DNA of 64,000 nucleotides from positions 457,950 through 521,949 of the forward strand of contig NC_134026.1 in the NCBI RefSeq assembly GCF_964204645.1, in the 5' to 3' direction. The notes under the pieces were generated by a model. The model was not told where the DNA came from, searched no databases, and worked only from the letters and a program-made list of their open reading frames with translations. Positions 1 through 12,840 of this stretch are shown here, one piece after another. This DNA is from Tubulanus polymorphus. Its lineage: Eukaryota; Animalia; Nemertea. The translations under genes and the position numbers were made by a program. Positions within the stretch are counted from its first letter, which is position 1. Each line of letters starts with the position of its first letter.

Positions 1-123
1 TAACGTTAGTCAACTCTGGCAAGCTAGGGTTACGGAGTATAACTGGACAGCACGTCGAGTTGACTTTAGTTAGTGTATGAAAACCCCGCTAACGATGAGT
101 ATAGCGGCAGCACCGTACGGTCG

Positions 124-465
124 AGACAACCCTGTACATCCTTTATTCAGCATCAGGACAACTCTGAATCAGTAATTACTAGGTTCGAACCCGGGATGCC
201 CCTGTACATCACCTATTCAGCATCAGGACCACTCTGGATCCGTGTCAGTAATTACTGGGTTCGAACCCGGGACGCACCTATACATCCTCTATTCAGCATC
301 AGGATCACGATGAATCAGTACCAGTAATTACTGGGTTCGAACTCGGGACACCCCTGTACATCCTCTATACAGCATCAGGAACACTCCGAATCATTATCAG
401 TAATAACTGGGTTTGAACCTGGGACACCCCTCAACATCCTCTATTTCGGCATCAGAAGTAATTAC
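124..465. repeat. Degenerate tandem repeat, ~4.5 units of 70-78 bp, each with a GGTTCGAACCC (Pol III B-box-like) motif
   Basis: Unit ccctgtacatcctctattcagcatcagga...cagtaattactgggttcgaacccgggac recurs at ~128, 199, 275, 351, 426. Confidence 0.85.
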
Positions 466-1726
466 CTGTGCTACCCATTTTCGGTATTTCACTAATGATG
501 GAATCAGTGTCCACTGCAGATTGATGCTGTTATATGAAATTCTTTAAGACCGATGGGATCCTAATAATTAAGTAATTAGTCTCATTACTTAATTTAACTT
601 TAAAAGTCGGCGAGTTGCAGTAAAAGGTAGCTCATGCAGGTTTTAATCTGCTGCCTGCCGTACCACAGACCTTGAATAGCAGACACATCTGAAAGGGATC
701 GGTGTCGAGGTGTGTTTGAAGAGTGAGGTAGTAAGTGACAGTAGCAAAGTCTAAACGGGCGTCTCAATGGTATGGGTTGGTACTGGAGCATCCTCAGATG
801 GCAGTGCCAGACTGCAGATCGGTACATGCATTAAGGTAACTTTGGAGTAATTCAAAGTTGTAAAAAAAAGTCTCTACCACATTGAGAGTCTGGTTTGAAA
901 TTCTCATTGAACAATGGAACCTTCCTGTTAAACACGAATCGTAAGGGCAAAAGTGAAATTGTCGTACATGTAATAACCAGGTTTCATATTATCCAAATCT
1001 GGATTGATATAGATATTTTAGCTGGGACAAGCTACAAACAGAATCGTATTAATGAGGTTCAACTGTACTCTAATTTCATTTAATTCACTTCCGGAGCAAA
1101 AATAATCCATGTACAATAGACTTCTAACTGGAATCAATTAAGACAAGGTGATAGTTCTAGTCACCTGTAGACAATAGAACTTCAATGCAATAGTTCAATG
1201 TGTTTATGTCTAGGTTGGTGTAAGCTTGGAGAATGATTACTCCAATATGTAAGTAACTAGACTTGAAATTAGTCGAATGAAACACTCTAATCCGTGTCTT
1301 AAGGATTAGAGAGTCTTAATTAAGACTTGATAAGAAATGATTCTAGTTAAGGGAGTCCACCGTACATTATATGAAGAAAAAGCAACACATATAATTTGTA
1401 GCGAACCACTGACCACTAGTGATACTGATGTTAAAACAACTAGTGGTTAGTAGTTCAATATGTATTGATAAACAATAGTTCAACCAATAATCGAACACCA
1501 TAAAATCAATGTAAAATAAAATCAATAAGCAAACCAACATCCTCAGAATGAGATAGAACACAACAACTATCATTTAAAAGAAATGACTATGAACGCAGTC
1601 ACAAGTACAAAATCTCCACATATACAGCACATACAACTATATTTCAGAAATCATTCAGCAAATCAGTAATTAAAAACCCACAATCAGATTCAACAACAAA
1701 CCAGCCAATCAAACCATCAATTCATA

Positions 1727-3610
1727 TTTATTTTTTAATAGATGTACAATGTGTATTTACATTCAACCTATACTGAAGCTATCAGCCTCAGAGAAATTGG
1801 TCGGCATCTCTGGAACCACGATAACTCGCGGTAACAAACACTGAAAGTCCCGATTTGACGGAGAAATTGGTCGGCATCTCTGGAACCACGATAACTCGCG
1901 GTAACAAACACTGAAAGTCCCGATTTGACGGAGAAATTGGTCGGCATCTCTGGAACTACGATAACTCGCGGAAACAAACACTGAAAGTCCCGATTTGACG
2001 GAGAAATTGGTCGGCATCTCTGGAACTACGATAACTCGCGATAACAAACACTGAAAGTCCCGATTTGACGGAGAAATTGGTCGGCATCTCTGGAACTACG
2101 ATAACTCGCGGTAACAAACACTGAAAGTCCCGAATTAACGGGGAAATTGGTTGGCATCTCTGATTTGATCTTTGCCTATCGTCTGATATTCTACAGCCAA
2201 CCACAAGCTCAATACATGTACTACAATGTGAAAACACAAAATATGAATAATGATATCATTTTTGAGACTTCTTCAAAATAAATTTCAATTATACCTGCTT
2301 TTTAGTAGATCCAGACACATGACTCTTAGGTTTTTCATGAGGAAATTGATATGCATCATCGGTATCGTTTCCATCTTGATATCTGGTATTGTGTGACGAA
2401 TAACTCAATACTAACTACAACAACAATGTACTAAATAAACTATGATTTTCATTCATAAGACTCTTCATAAAAACAAAATTCATCTACTTTCAATTTTACC
2501 TGATTTATAGTCAATTCAGATTCATGACTCGGACCTTGAGGAATTTGCTCAATTCTTCCTGAACACTGATGTTTTCCTTTCCTCTGGTTTTGAGCATCTC
2601 TTACAACAACAGTCCACTAGCTACAACAAAAATACATAAAAGTAACCAGTTTCATTGAGTCGACTGTTCCTGCAAAGAAATTCATAAGTTCAATTTTACC
2701 TGATTCATAGTCAATTTAGACACATGACTAAGAAGAGAAATTGCTCAGAACTTCAGTAACTTTTCGTATCTTCTTGAACTTTCTGTTTGATGTGGAGATT
2801 CCCCAGAGTACTTCGATTTCTGCGTACAAACACTGAAAGAAGTCTCGAATTGACGGAGAAATTTTTTATAGCATCATTCTCTGATCTGATCTTTTCCTGT
2901 CGTATGATATTTTACGGCCAACCACAAGCTTAATACTACAATGAAAAAAACACAAAATATGAATAATGATATCATTTTTGAGACTCTTCTTCAAAATGAA
3001 TTTCAATTATACCTGCTTTATAGTCAATTCAGATTCATGACTCGGACCTTGAGGAATTTGCTCAACACTTCCTGAACTCTGATGTTTCCTTTCCTCTGGT
3101 TTTGAGCGTCTCTAACAACAACAGTCCACTGGCTACAACGAAAGTACATAAATAAACGTAACCATCTTCTTTAAGTCGACTGTTCCTGCAAAGAAGTTCA
3201 TATCAAGTATAATTTTACCCGATTCATAGTCAATTCAGACTCGAGACACCTTGAATATTTCTCAACGACAACTGGAACAATCCTGAATGTTTCCCGTCAA
3301 TCGTTTGGTATTTTGTACTTGCCGACCAAACCAATACAGGCTACAACAGGGAAATATGAAATACACGTAATACTAACTTACCGTCCTAGTTGAGAACATT
3401 CTTATCTACAATTCATAGCAATTTATACTATACCTGATTTATATTCTTTACTTATTGAACTTTCTAAGAACCTCAGGAACTTTCAGTATCATCTTGAACT
3501 TTCTGTTTGGGGCGTGGAGATTCCTCAGTAGAGTACCTCAGATTTCTACTGACAACAGACACCAATCCAACACTTCTCTTTCCGGTACTTTCATCTTTCT
3601 CTTTCCTCTC
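1727..3610 (-). pseudogene. Decayed multi-exon gene (or spliced lncRNA) built from tandemly duplicated ~120-nt exons
   Basis: Six consecutive 74-93-nt GT..AG introns on - (2221-2294, 2415-2499, 2621-2699, 2936-3012, 3133-3218, 3341-3433). Exon 2295-2414 is open in phase 0 (LVLSYSSHNTRYQDGNDTDDAYQFPHEKPKSHVSGSTKKQ); sister exons carry a stop or indel. AATAAA on - at 1727-1732. Confidence 0.5.
1791..2162. repeat. 70-bp minisatellite, ~5.3 near-identical copies
   Basis: gagaaattggtcggcatctctggaac... starts at 1791, 1861, 1931, 2001, 2071, 2141. Confidence 0.97.
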
Positions 3611-3853
3611 GTTTTACAAATTGATATTTAATTATTTGACATTTTTACCATCATAAAATTGATATTATGTTTTTCTTTACATCATCGTTATTAGAGATCT
3701 TACAAATAATACGTTTCTTAATTTCAAACTCACAGCTGTTTGTAAATTATTTCCACACACAAAGATGGCATGCTGCATGCTGATCAATTTGCTAACCATG
3801 CGCATGGACCCGCGGGTGTGCCAGTGCTGTTTAGTGCAATTGATGCATCGGTG

Positions 3854-4008
3854 CAAGTGCAAATTGAGACGTCAAGTGCAAATTGAGATGTCAAGTGCAA
3901 ATTGGGACGTCAAGTGCATAGTGAGACGTCAAGTGCAGAGTGAGACGTCAAGTGCAGAGTGAGACGTCAAGTGCAAAGTGGGACGTCAAGTGCAATGTGA
4001 GACGTCAA
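3854..4008. repeat. 19-bp tandem repeat (~8 copies), caagtgcaaattgagacgt, with a CRE-like GACGTCA core
   Basis: Read directly from the sequence. Confidence 0.95.
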
Positions 4009-4559
4009 TTGTTTTCACCAGTGTTTACAATGATCGACCATCTTTCTGAAGATGTTTAAAGCAATTTGAATTCTAACAGTTTTTTTACACTGTCAGCTCT
4101 CAGACTTAGAAACTGGTTTACCTCATCATCAGAGTTTAGACGCTGACAATTTTATCACTCCTTAAGTGGAGTAATACAATCAAGTCACTAACAATTCACT
4201 TTATGTCAATATTTAATTGTCAATTCAAGAAGGGGAAGGAGGGGAAGGCATCAAACCCCAATATCACCCCAGCCTTAAGTCACTTACAAATCAGTTTATG
4301 TCACAATTAACTTGACAATTCAAGGGGGAAGGGAGGGATCACTAAATCTATATTTTAACACTGAAGTGTTTTGTAACACTTAACTTTCATCACCACCAAT
4401 TGATTTAGCAGTAATTCACCATCAGTGTTTTGTAAAATAATGTGTAATTTGATAATGTAATTATGTAATAGTTCATGATGTAATAATGTTTAATGGAATA
4501 CTTTTTATTGTAATAATGTTTAATGCAATAATTCAAGAAGTCCAGGGAAGGAGGTAAGA

Positions 4560-7500
4560 ATTAACACCCAGCAGCAAGCAGCAGTATTAAAGGAGGCCAT
4601 CAGTGTTGTAACACACTGACAATTCAGTTTGTTTGTCACGTTTCTACATGACAATTGAAGAAGGAAGGAGGAGACTCCTGCACTCAATACCACCCCAAAA
4701 CAGAGTGTATTAATTAACACCCAGCAGCAAGCAGCAGTATTAAAGGAGGTCATCAGTCTTGTAACACACTGACAATTCAGTTTGTTTGTCACGTTTCTAC
4801 ATGACAGTTGAAGAAGGAAGGAGGAGACTCCTGCACTCAATATTACCCCAAAACAGAGTGTATCAATTAACACCCAGCAGCAAGCAGCAGTATTAAAGGA
4901 GGCCAATAAGGACGATTAGGAAACATAATCAGTCCCAATTCACCGACATATATTACAATATATACAATGTACCAACACCAGCGACATTTCAAAGATTCAA
5001 CCACCACAAAGCTATCGATGGATAGCTGTTTTGAATATTCATATATTCAAAATGTAAAGTCGCAATAAGGACGATTAGGAAACATAATCAGTCCCAATTC
5101 ACCGACATATATTACAATATATACAATGTACCAACACCAGCGAAATTTCAAAGATTCAACCACCACAAAGCTATCGATGGATAGCTGCTTTGAATATTTA
5201 TACATTTAAAACGTAAAGTCGCAATAAGGATGATCAGGAAACATGATCAATCCCAATTCACCGGCATATATTACAATATATACACAGAACCAACACCAGC
5301 GACATTTCAATGATTCAACCACCACAAAGCTATCGATGGATAGCTGTTTTGAATATTTATACATTTAAAACGTTAAGTCGCAATAAGGACGATCACAAAA
5401 CATGATCAATCCCATTTCACCGACATATATTACAATATATACACAGAACCAACACCAGCGACATTTCAATGATTCAACCACCACAAAGCTATCGATGGAT
5501 AGCTGTTTTGAATATTTATACATTTAAAACGTTAAGTCGCAATAAGGACAATCACAAAACATGATCAATCCCATTTCACCGACATATATTACAATATATA
5601 CAATGTACCAACACCAGCGACATTTCAAAGATTCAACCACCACAAAGCTATCGATGGATAGCTGTTTTGAATATTCATATATTCAAAATGTAAAGTCGCA
5701 ATAAGGACGATTAGGAAACATAATCAGTCCCAATTCACCGACATATATTACAATATATACAATGTACCAACACCAGCAACATTTCAAAGATTCAACCACC
5801 ACAAAGCTATCGATGGATAGCTGCTTTGAATGTTTATACATTTAAAACGTAAAGTCGCAATAAGGACAATCACAAAACATGATCAATCCCATTTCACCGA
5901 CATATATTACAATATATACACAGAACCAACACCAGCGACATTTCAAAGATTCAACCACCACAAAGCTATCGATGGATAGCTGTTTTGAATATTTATACAT
6001 TTAAAACGTTAAGTCGCGATAAGGACGATCACAAAACATGATCAATCCCAATTCACCGACATATATTACAATATATACACAGAACCAACACCAGCGACAT
6101 TTCAATGATTCAACCACCACAAAGCTATCGATGGATAGCTGCTTTGAATATTTATACATTTAAAACGTAAAGTCGCAATAAGGACAATCAGAAAACATGA
6201 TCAATCCCATTTCACCGACATATATTATGATATATACAATGTTCCAACACCAGCGACATTTCAAAGATTCAACCACCACAAAGCTATCGATGGATAGCTG
6301 TTTTGAATATTCATATATTCAAAATGTAAAGTCGCAATAAGGACGATCAGGAAACATGATCAATCCCAATTCACCGACATATATTACAATATATACAATG
6401 TACCAACACCAGCGACATTTCAATGATTCAACCACCACAAAGCTATCGATGGATAGCTGCTTTGAATATTTATACAATTAAAACGTTAAGTCGCAATAAG
6501 GATGATCAGGTAGCAAAACTCGCCAACACTCAATATCACCCCATAACAGAGTGTATTAACACCCAGCAGCAAGCAGCAGTATTTAAGGAGGTCATCAGTG
6601 TTGTAACACACTGACAATTCAGTTTGTTTGTCACGTTTCTACATGACAGTTGAAGAAGGAAGGAGGAGACTCCTGAACTCAATATCACCCCATAACAGAG
6701 TGTATTAACACCCAGCAGCAAGCAGCAGTATTTAAGGAGGTCATCAGTGTTGTAACACACTGACAATTCAGTTTGTTTGTCACGTTTCTACATGACAGTT
6801 GAAGAAGGAAGGAGGAGACTCCTGAACTCAATATCACCCCATAACAGAGTGTATTAACACCCAGCAGCAAGCAGCAGTATTAAAGGAGGTCATCAGTGTT
6901 GTAACACACTGACAATTCAGTTTGCTTGTCACGTTTCTACATGACAATTGAAGAAGGAAGGAGGAGACTCCTGCACTCAATATCACCCCAAAACAGAGTG
7001 TATTAATTAACACCCAGCAGCAAGCAGCAGTATTAAAGGAGGCCATCAGTGTTGTAACACACTGACAATTCAGTTTGTTTGTCACGTTTCTACATGACAA
7101 TTGAAGAAGGAAGGAGGAGACTCCTGCACTCAATATCACCCCAAAACAGAGTGTATTAATTAACACGCAGCAGCAAGCAGCAGTATTAAAGGAGGCCATC
7201 AGTGTTGTAACACACTGACAATTCAGTTTGTTTGTCACGTTTCTACATGACAGTTGAAGAAGGAAGGAGGAGACTCCTGAACTTAATATCACCCCAATAC
7301 AGAGCCAGCAGCAGTATTTAAGGAGGATGATTCATGATGTTATAATGTTTAATGTAATAATTCTTATTGTAATAATGTTAAATGTAATAATTCAAGAAGT
7401 TCAGGGAAGAAGGCAAGAATTAACACCCAGCAGCAAGCAGCAGTATTAAAGGAGGTCATCAGTGTTGTAACGCACGGACAATTCAGTTCATTTGTCACGT

Positions 7501-10490
7501 TTCTACATGACAGTTGAAGAAGGAAGGAGGAGACTCCTGAACTCAATATCACCCCAAAACAGAGTGTATCAATTAACACCCAGCAGCAAGCAGCAGTATT
7601 AAAGGAGGTCATCAGTGTTGTAACACACTGACAAATCAGTTTGTTTGTCACGTTTCTATATGACACTTAACAACTTTCAGGTGCAAGGAACCAAAGTGAA
7701 GCTATCAAACAATAGCATCTTTGAGTATAACACTTTTAAAATCCGTAATGTGATAATAATTTGCTGATACAGTATACACAGAGAACCAACACCAGCATTA
7801 TTTCAATGATTCAACCACCACAAAGCTATCAATGGATAACTGTTTTGAATATTTATACATTTAAAACGTAAAGTCGCAATAAGGACAATCACAAAACATG
7901 ATCAATCCCATTTCACCGACATATATTACAATATATATACAGTACCAACACCAATGACATTTCAAAGATTCAACCACCACAAAGCTATCGATGGATAGCT
8001 GTTTTGAATATTTATACATTTAAAACGTAAAGTCGCAATAAGGAAAATCACAAAACATGATCAATCCCATTTCACAGACATATATTATTATATATACAAT
8101 GTACCAACACCAGCGACATTTCAAAGATTCAACCACCACAAAGCTATCGATGGATTGCTGCTTTGAATATTTATACATTTAAAACGTAAAGTCGCAATAA
8201 GGACAATCACAAAACATAATCAATCCCATTTCACCGACATATATTACAATATATACACAGAACCAACACCAGCGACATTTCAATGATTCAACCACCACAA
8301 AGCTATCGATGGATAGCTGCTTTGAATATTTATACATTTAAAACGTAAAGTCGCAATAAGGACGATCAGGAAACATGATCAATCCCATTTCACCGACATA
8401 TATTACAATATATACAATGTACCAACACCAGCGACATTTCAATGATTCAACCACCACAAAGCTATCGATAGATAGCTGTTTTGAATATTTATACATTTAA
8501 AACGTTAAGTCGCAATAAGGATGATCAGGAAACATAATCAATCCCAAATCACCGACATATATTACAATATATACAATGTATCAACACCAGCGACATTTCA
8601 AAGATTCAACCACCACAAAGCTATCGATGGATAGCTGTTTTGAATATTTATACATTTAAAACGTTAAGTCGCAATAAGGATGATCAGGGAGCAAAAATCG
8701 CCAACACTCAATATCACCCCATAACAGAGTGTATTAACACCCAGCAGCAAGCAGCAGTATTTAAGGAGGTCATCAGTGTTGTACCACACTGAAAATTCAG
8801 TTTGTTAGTCACGTTTCTACATGACAATTGAAGCAGGAGGGAGGAGACTCCTGCACTCAATATCACCCCAAAACAGAGTGTATCAATTAACACCCAGCAG
8901 CAAGCAGCAGTATTTAAGGAGGCCATCAGTGTTGTAACACACTGAAATTCAGTTTGTTAGTCACGTTTCTACATGACAATTGAAGCAGGAAGGAGGAGAC
9001 TCCTGCACTCAATATCACCCCAAAACAGAGTGTATTAATTAACACCCAGCAGCAAGCAGCAGTATTAAAGGAGGTCATCAGTGTTGTAACACACTGACAA
9101 TTCAGTTTGTTAGTCACGTTTCTACATGACAATTGAAGCAGGAAGGAGGAGACTCCTGCACTCAATATCACCCCAAAACAGAGTGTATTAATTAACACGC
9201 AGCAGCAAGCAGCAGTATTAAAGGAGGCCATCAGTGTTGTAACACACTGACAATTCAGTTTGTTTGTCACGTTTCTACATGACAGTTGAAGAAGGAAGGA
9301 GGAGACTCCTGAACTTAATATCACCCCAATACAGAGCCAGCAGCAGTATTTAAGGAGGATGATTCATGATGTTATAATGTTTAATGTAATAATTCTTATT
9401 GTAATAATGTTAAATGTAATAATTCAAGAAGTTCAGGGAAGAAGGCAAGAATTAACACCCAGCAGCAAGCAGCAGTATTAAAGGAGGTCATCAGTGTTGT
9501 AACGCACGGACAATTCAGTTCATTTGTCACGTTTCTACATGACAGTTGAAGCAGGAAGGAGGAGACTCCTGAACTCAATATCACCCCAAAACAGAGCCAG
9601 CAGCAAGCAGCAGTATTTAAGGAGGATGATTCATGATGTTATAATGTTTAATGTAATAATTCTTATTGTAATAATGTTTAATGTAATAATTCAAGAAGTT
9701 CATGGAAGGTGGTAAGAATTAACACCCAGCAGCAAGCAGCAGTATTAAAGGAGGTCATCAGTGTTTAATGCACTGACAATTCAGTTCGTTTGTCACGTTT
9801 CTACATGACAGTTGAAGAAGGAAGGAGGAGACTCCTGAACTCAATATCACCCCAAAACAGAGCCAGCAGCAAGCAGCAGTATTTAAGGAGGATGATTCAT
9901 GATGTTATAATGTTTAATGTAATAATTCTTATTGTAATAATGTTTAATGTAATAATTAGAGAAGTTCAGGGAAGAAGGCAAGAATTAACACGCTGCAGCA
10001 AGCAGCAGTATTAAAGGAGGTCATCAGTGTTGTAACACACTGACAATTCAGTTTGTTAGTCACGTTTCTACATGACAGCTGAAGAAGGAAGGAGGAGACT
10101 CCTGCACTCAATATCACCCCTGAACAGAGTGCATTAATTAACACCCAGCACCAAGCAGCAGTATTAAAGGAGGTCATCAGTGTTGTAACACACTGACAAT
10201 TCAGTTTGTTAGTCACGTTTCTACATGACAGTTGAAGCAGGAAGGAGGAGACTCCTGAACTCAATATTACCCCAAAACAGAGTGTATTAATTAACACCCA
10301 GCAGCAAGCAGCAGTATTTAAGGAGGTCATCAGTGTTGTAACGCACTGACAATTCAGTTCGTTTGTCACGTTTCTACATGACAATTGAAGAAGGAAGGAG
10401 GAGACTCCTGCACTCAATACCACCCCAAAACAGAGTGTATCAATTAACACCCAGCACCAAGCAGCAGTATTAAAGGAGGTCATCAGTTAT
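4560..10490. repeat. Composite satellite block: 153/149-bp unit A arrays interleaved with 159-bp unit B arrays and an AT-rich linker
   Basis: Unit A (ttaacacccagcagcaagcagcagtattaaaggagg...) at 4561, 4714, 6526-7665, 8705-10490. Unit B (caataaggacgat...aaagtcg) at 4904, 5063... to ~6510 (~10 copies) and ~7770-8690 (~6 copies). Confidence 0.97.
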
Positions 10491-11639
10491 AAATTAGCAG
10501 TGAATTACCCACAGTGTTTTTGTAGCACTTTACTTTCATCACCACCGATTGATTTAGCAGTAATTTACACAGTGTTTTGTAACACTTAACTTTCATCACG
10601 ACCAGTAATTGATCCATAGTTTGAAATTGCTCATTGATTGCAGCGCATTTCAAACTTTTCTATTGAGGAAACCACAGCAAAAAACTAAATGTATATAAAA
10701 AAGGAGTGTCTTATTTAATTGTTGATGAGAGAGGAGAGAGAGGAGGCATGTACACCTAACACAACGTTTAAAACTCAATATCACAACCAAAACAAGAGTT
10801 GAATGATAGCAAGCATCAGCAACATGAAGTTTTCAAATAAGGAAGTAATCAGTATTGTAAGTCACATCTATTTGACAATTCAAGAAGGCAAGGGAAGGAG
10901 AAGAGTCTCCAAAAATTCAATATCACCCCTTAAACAGAGTGGAATGAGCAACATGCAGTAGCAAACAACAGTATTTGCCGTAGTAGCAAACAACAGTATT
11001 TGCCGTTTTTAAAGGAGAAGAAAGGAGTATCTTCTGTATTTGATACTCGTTTGATGTCATAGCAAGGCCATTACCTGGAGTTATAGAGAACAAAAGGAGA
11101 AGCCATGCCACCACAAGATTTTAATTGTCTATGATTTTGATATTTTATATAAAAATGGCACGATATATCACCTCGTAGCAGAGGAAGGAGGTAGAACAAA
11201 CCGCAAGATCAGTACATCTATCAATGTTTCATTACATTTATCATTGTTTCAAGACACCAACTTTCAGTGTTTTGTAACACTTAACTTTCATTACTACCAA
11301 TTGATTTAGCAGTAATTCATCCACAGTGTTTTGTAACTCTTAACTTTCAGATTTGTGTCTTACTTTTTTCGTGATGAGAGAGGAGAGAGGAGTCTTGTAG
11401 GAAATGTAGCGATACACCCAACAAAGCTTTTTTTGCAAATGCAAATCAGTTTATTCTAGACTATGGACATTTGTTGCTGGAGGAGACAAACTGTATTCCA
11501 ATCGAAACCCTTTTAGCTTTTTCTTAAGAGAGATTGAACCCACAAGACGTCTGGCAAAGGCTTCAAACATTATGATAACTGTTCGCGTAGAGCCAATGAT
11601 AAAACCAGCATTTATCATCATCAAACCAAAGCTGAAAAC

Positions 11640-12840
11640 TGCAACCAGTGAGGGGAAGTATGCACAATCGATGAGACGATTGTTAATAGCTGCAACCAAT
11701 GGAGTGAACTGCAACCAGTCAGGGGAAGTATGCACAATCATTGAGATGATTGTTCATAGCTGCAACCAATGGAGTGAACTGCAACCAGTGAGAGGAAGTA
11801 TGCACAATCAATGAGACGATTGTTCATAGCTGCAACCAATGAAGTGAACTGCAACCAGTGAGGGAAAAGTATGCACAATCAATGAGATGATTCTTCGCAG
11901 CTGCAACCAATGGAGTGAACTGCAACCAGTGAGGGGAAATTATATTTCAAACCAGTGAGGGGAAATTAGCTCAATCATTGAGATGATTGATCATAGCTGC
12001 AACCAATGAAGTGACAACAAGTGAGGGGAAAGTATGCACAATCAATGAGATGATTGTTCATAGCTGCAACCAATGAAGTGACAACCAGTGAGGGGGAAGC
12101 ATGCACAATCAATGAGATGATTGTTCATAGCTGCAACCAATGGAGTGAACTGCAACCAGTGAGGGGAAGTATGCACAATCAATGAGATGATTATTCGTAG
12201 CTGCAACCAATGGAGTGAACTGCAACCAGTGAGGGGAAATTATATTTCAAACCAGTGAGGGGAAATTAGCTCAATCATTGAGATGATTGATCATAGCTGC
12301 AACCAATGGAGTGACAACAAGTGAGGGGGAAGTATGCACAATCAATGAGATGATTGTTCATAGCTGCAACCAATGAAGTGACAACAAGTGAGGGGAAAGT
12401 ATGCACAATCAATGAGATGATTGTTCATAGCTGCAACCAATGGAGTGAACTGCAACCAGTGAGGGGAAGTATGCACAATCAATGAGATGATTGTTCGTAG
12501 CTGCAACCAATGGAGTGAACTGCAACCAGTGAGGGGAAATTATATTTCAAACCAGTGAGGGGAAATTAGCTCAATCATTGGGATGATTGATCATAGCTGC
12601 AACCAATGAAGTGACAACAAGTGAGGGGAAAGTATGCACAATCAATGAGATGATTGTTCATAGCTGCAACCAATGGAGTGAACTGCAACCAGTGAGGGGA
12701 AAGTATGCACAATCAATGAGATGATTGTTTGTAGCTGCAACAAATGTAGTGAACTGCAACCAGTGAGGGGGAAGTATGCACAGTCATTGAGATTTTTTTC
12801 ATAACTGCAACCAATGATGGTAAAACATATTGCAAACCAG
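11640..12840. repeat. ~70-bp minisatellite organised in an exact 300-bp higher-order repeat
   Basis: gcaaccagtgaggggaagtatgcacaatc... at 11641, 11711, ...; variant monomer tatatttcaaaccagtg at 11941, 12241, 12541. Confidence 0.95.

Noticed and set aside
600-1100. Short ORFs and coding-looking sequence (also 11451-11640, 12900-13050, 18420-19580)
   Set aside because: Stops in all frames and no recognisable domain; they may be decayed TE or gene remnants but cannot be supported without a search.
4560-4713. Possible hammerhead in satellite unit A on - (CTGATGA and GAAAC both present)
   Set aside because: Stems I, II and III cannot be formed around the motifs, and a competing hairpin sequesters CTG.
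4520-10483. Many Cys-rich ORFs (e.g. MASFNTAACCWVLI...) in the ORF track
   Set aside because: They are translations of the 153-bp satellite (a multiple of 3); the 149-bp variants shift frame freely and there is no splice or promoter context.
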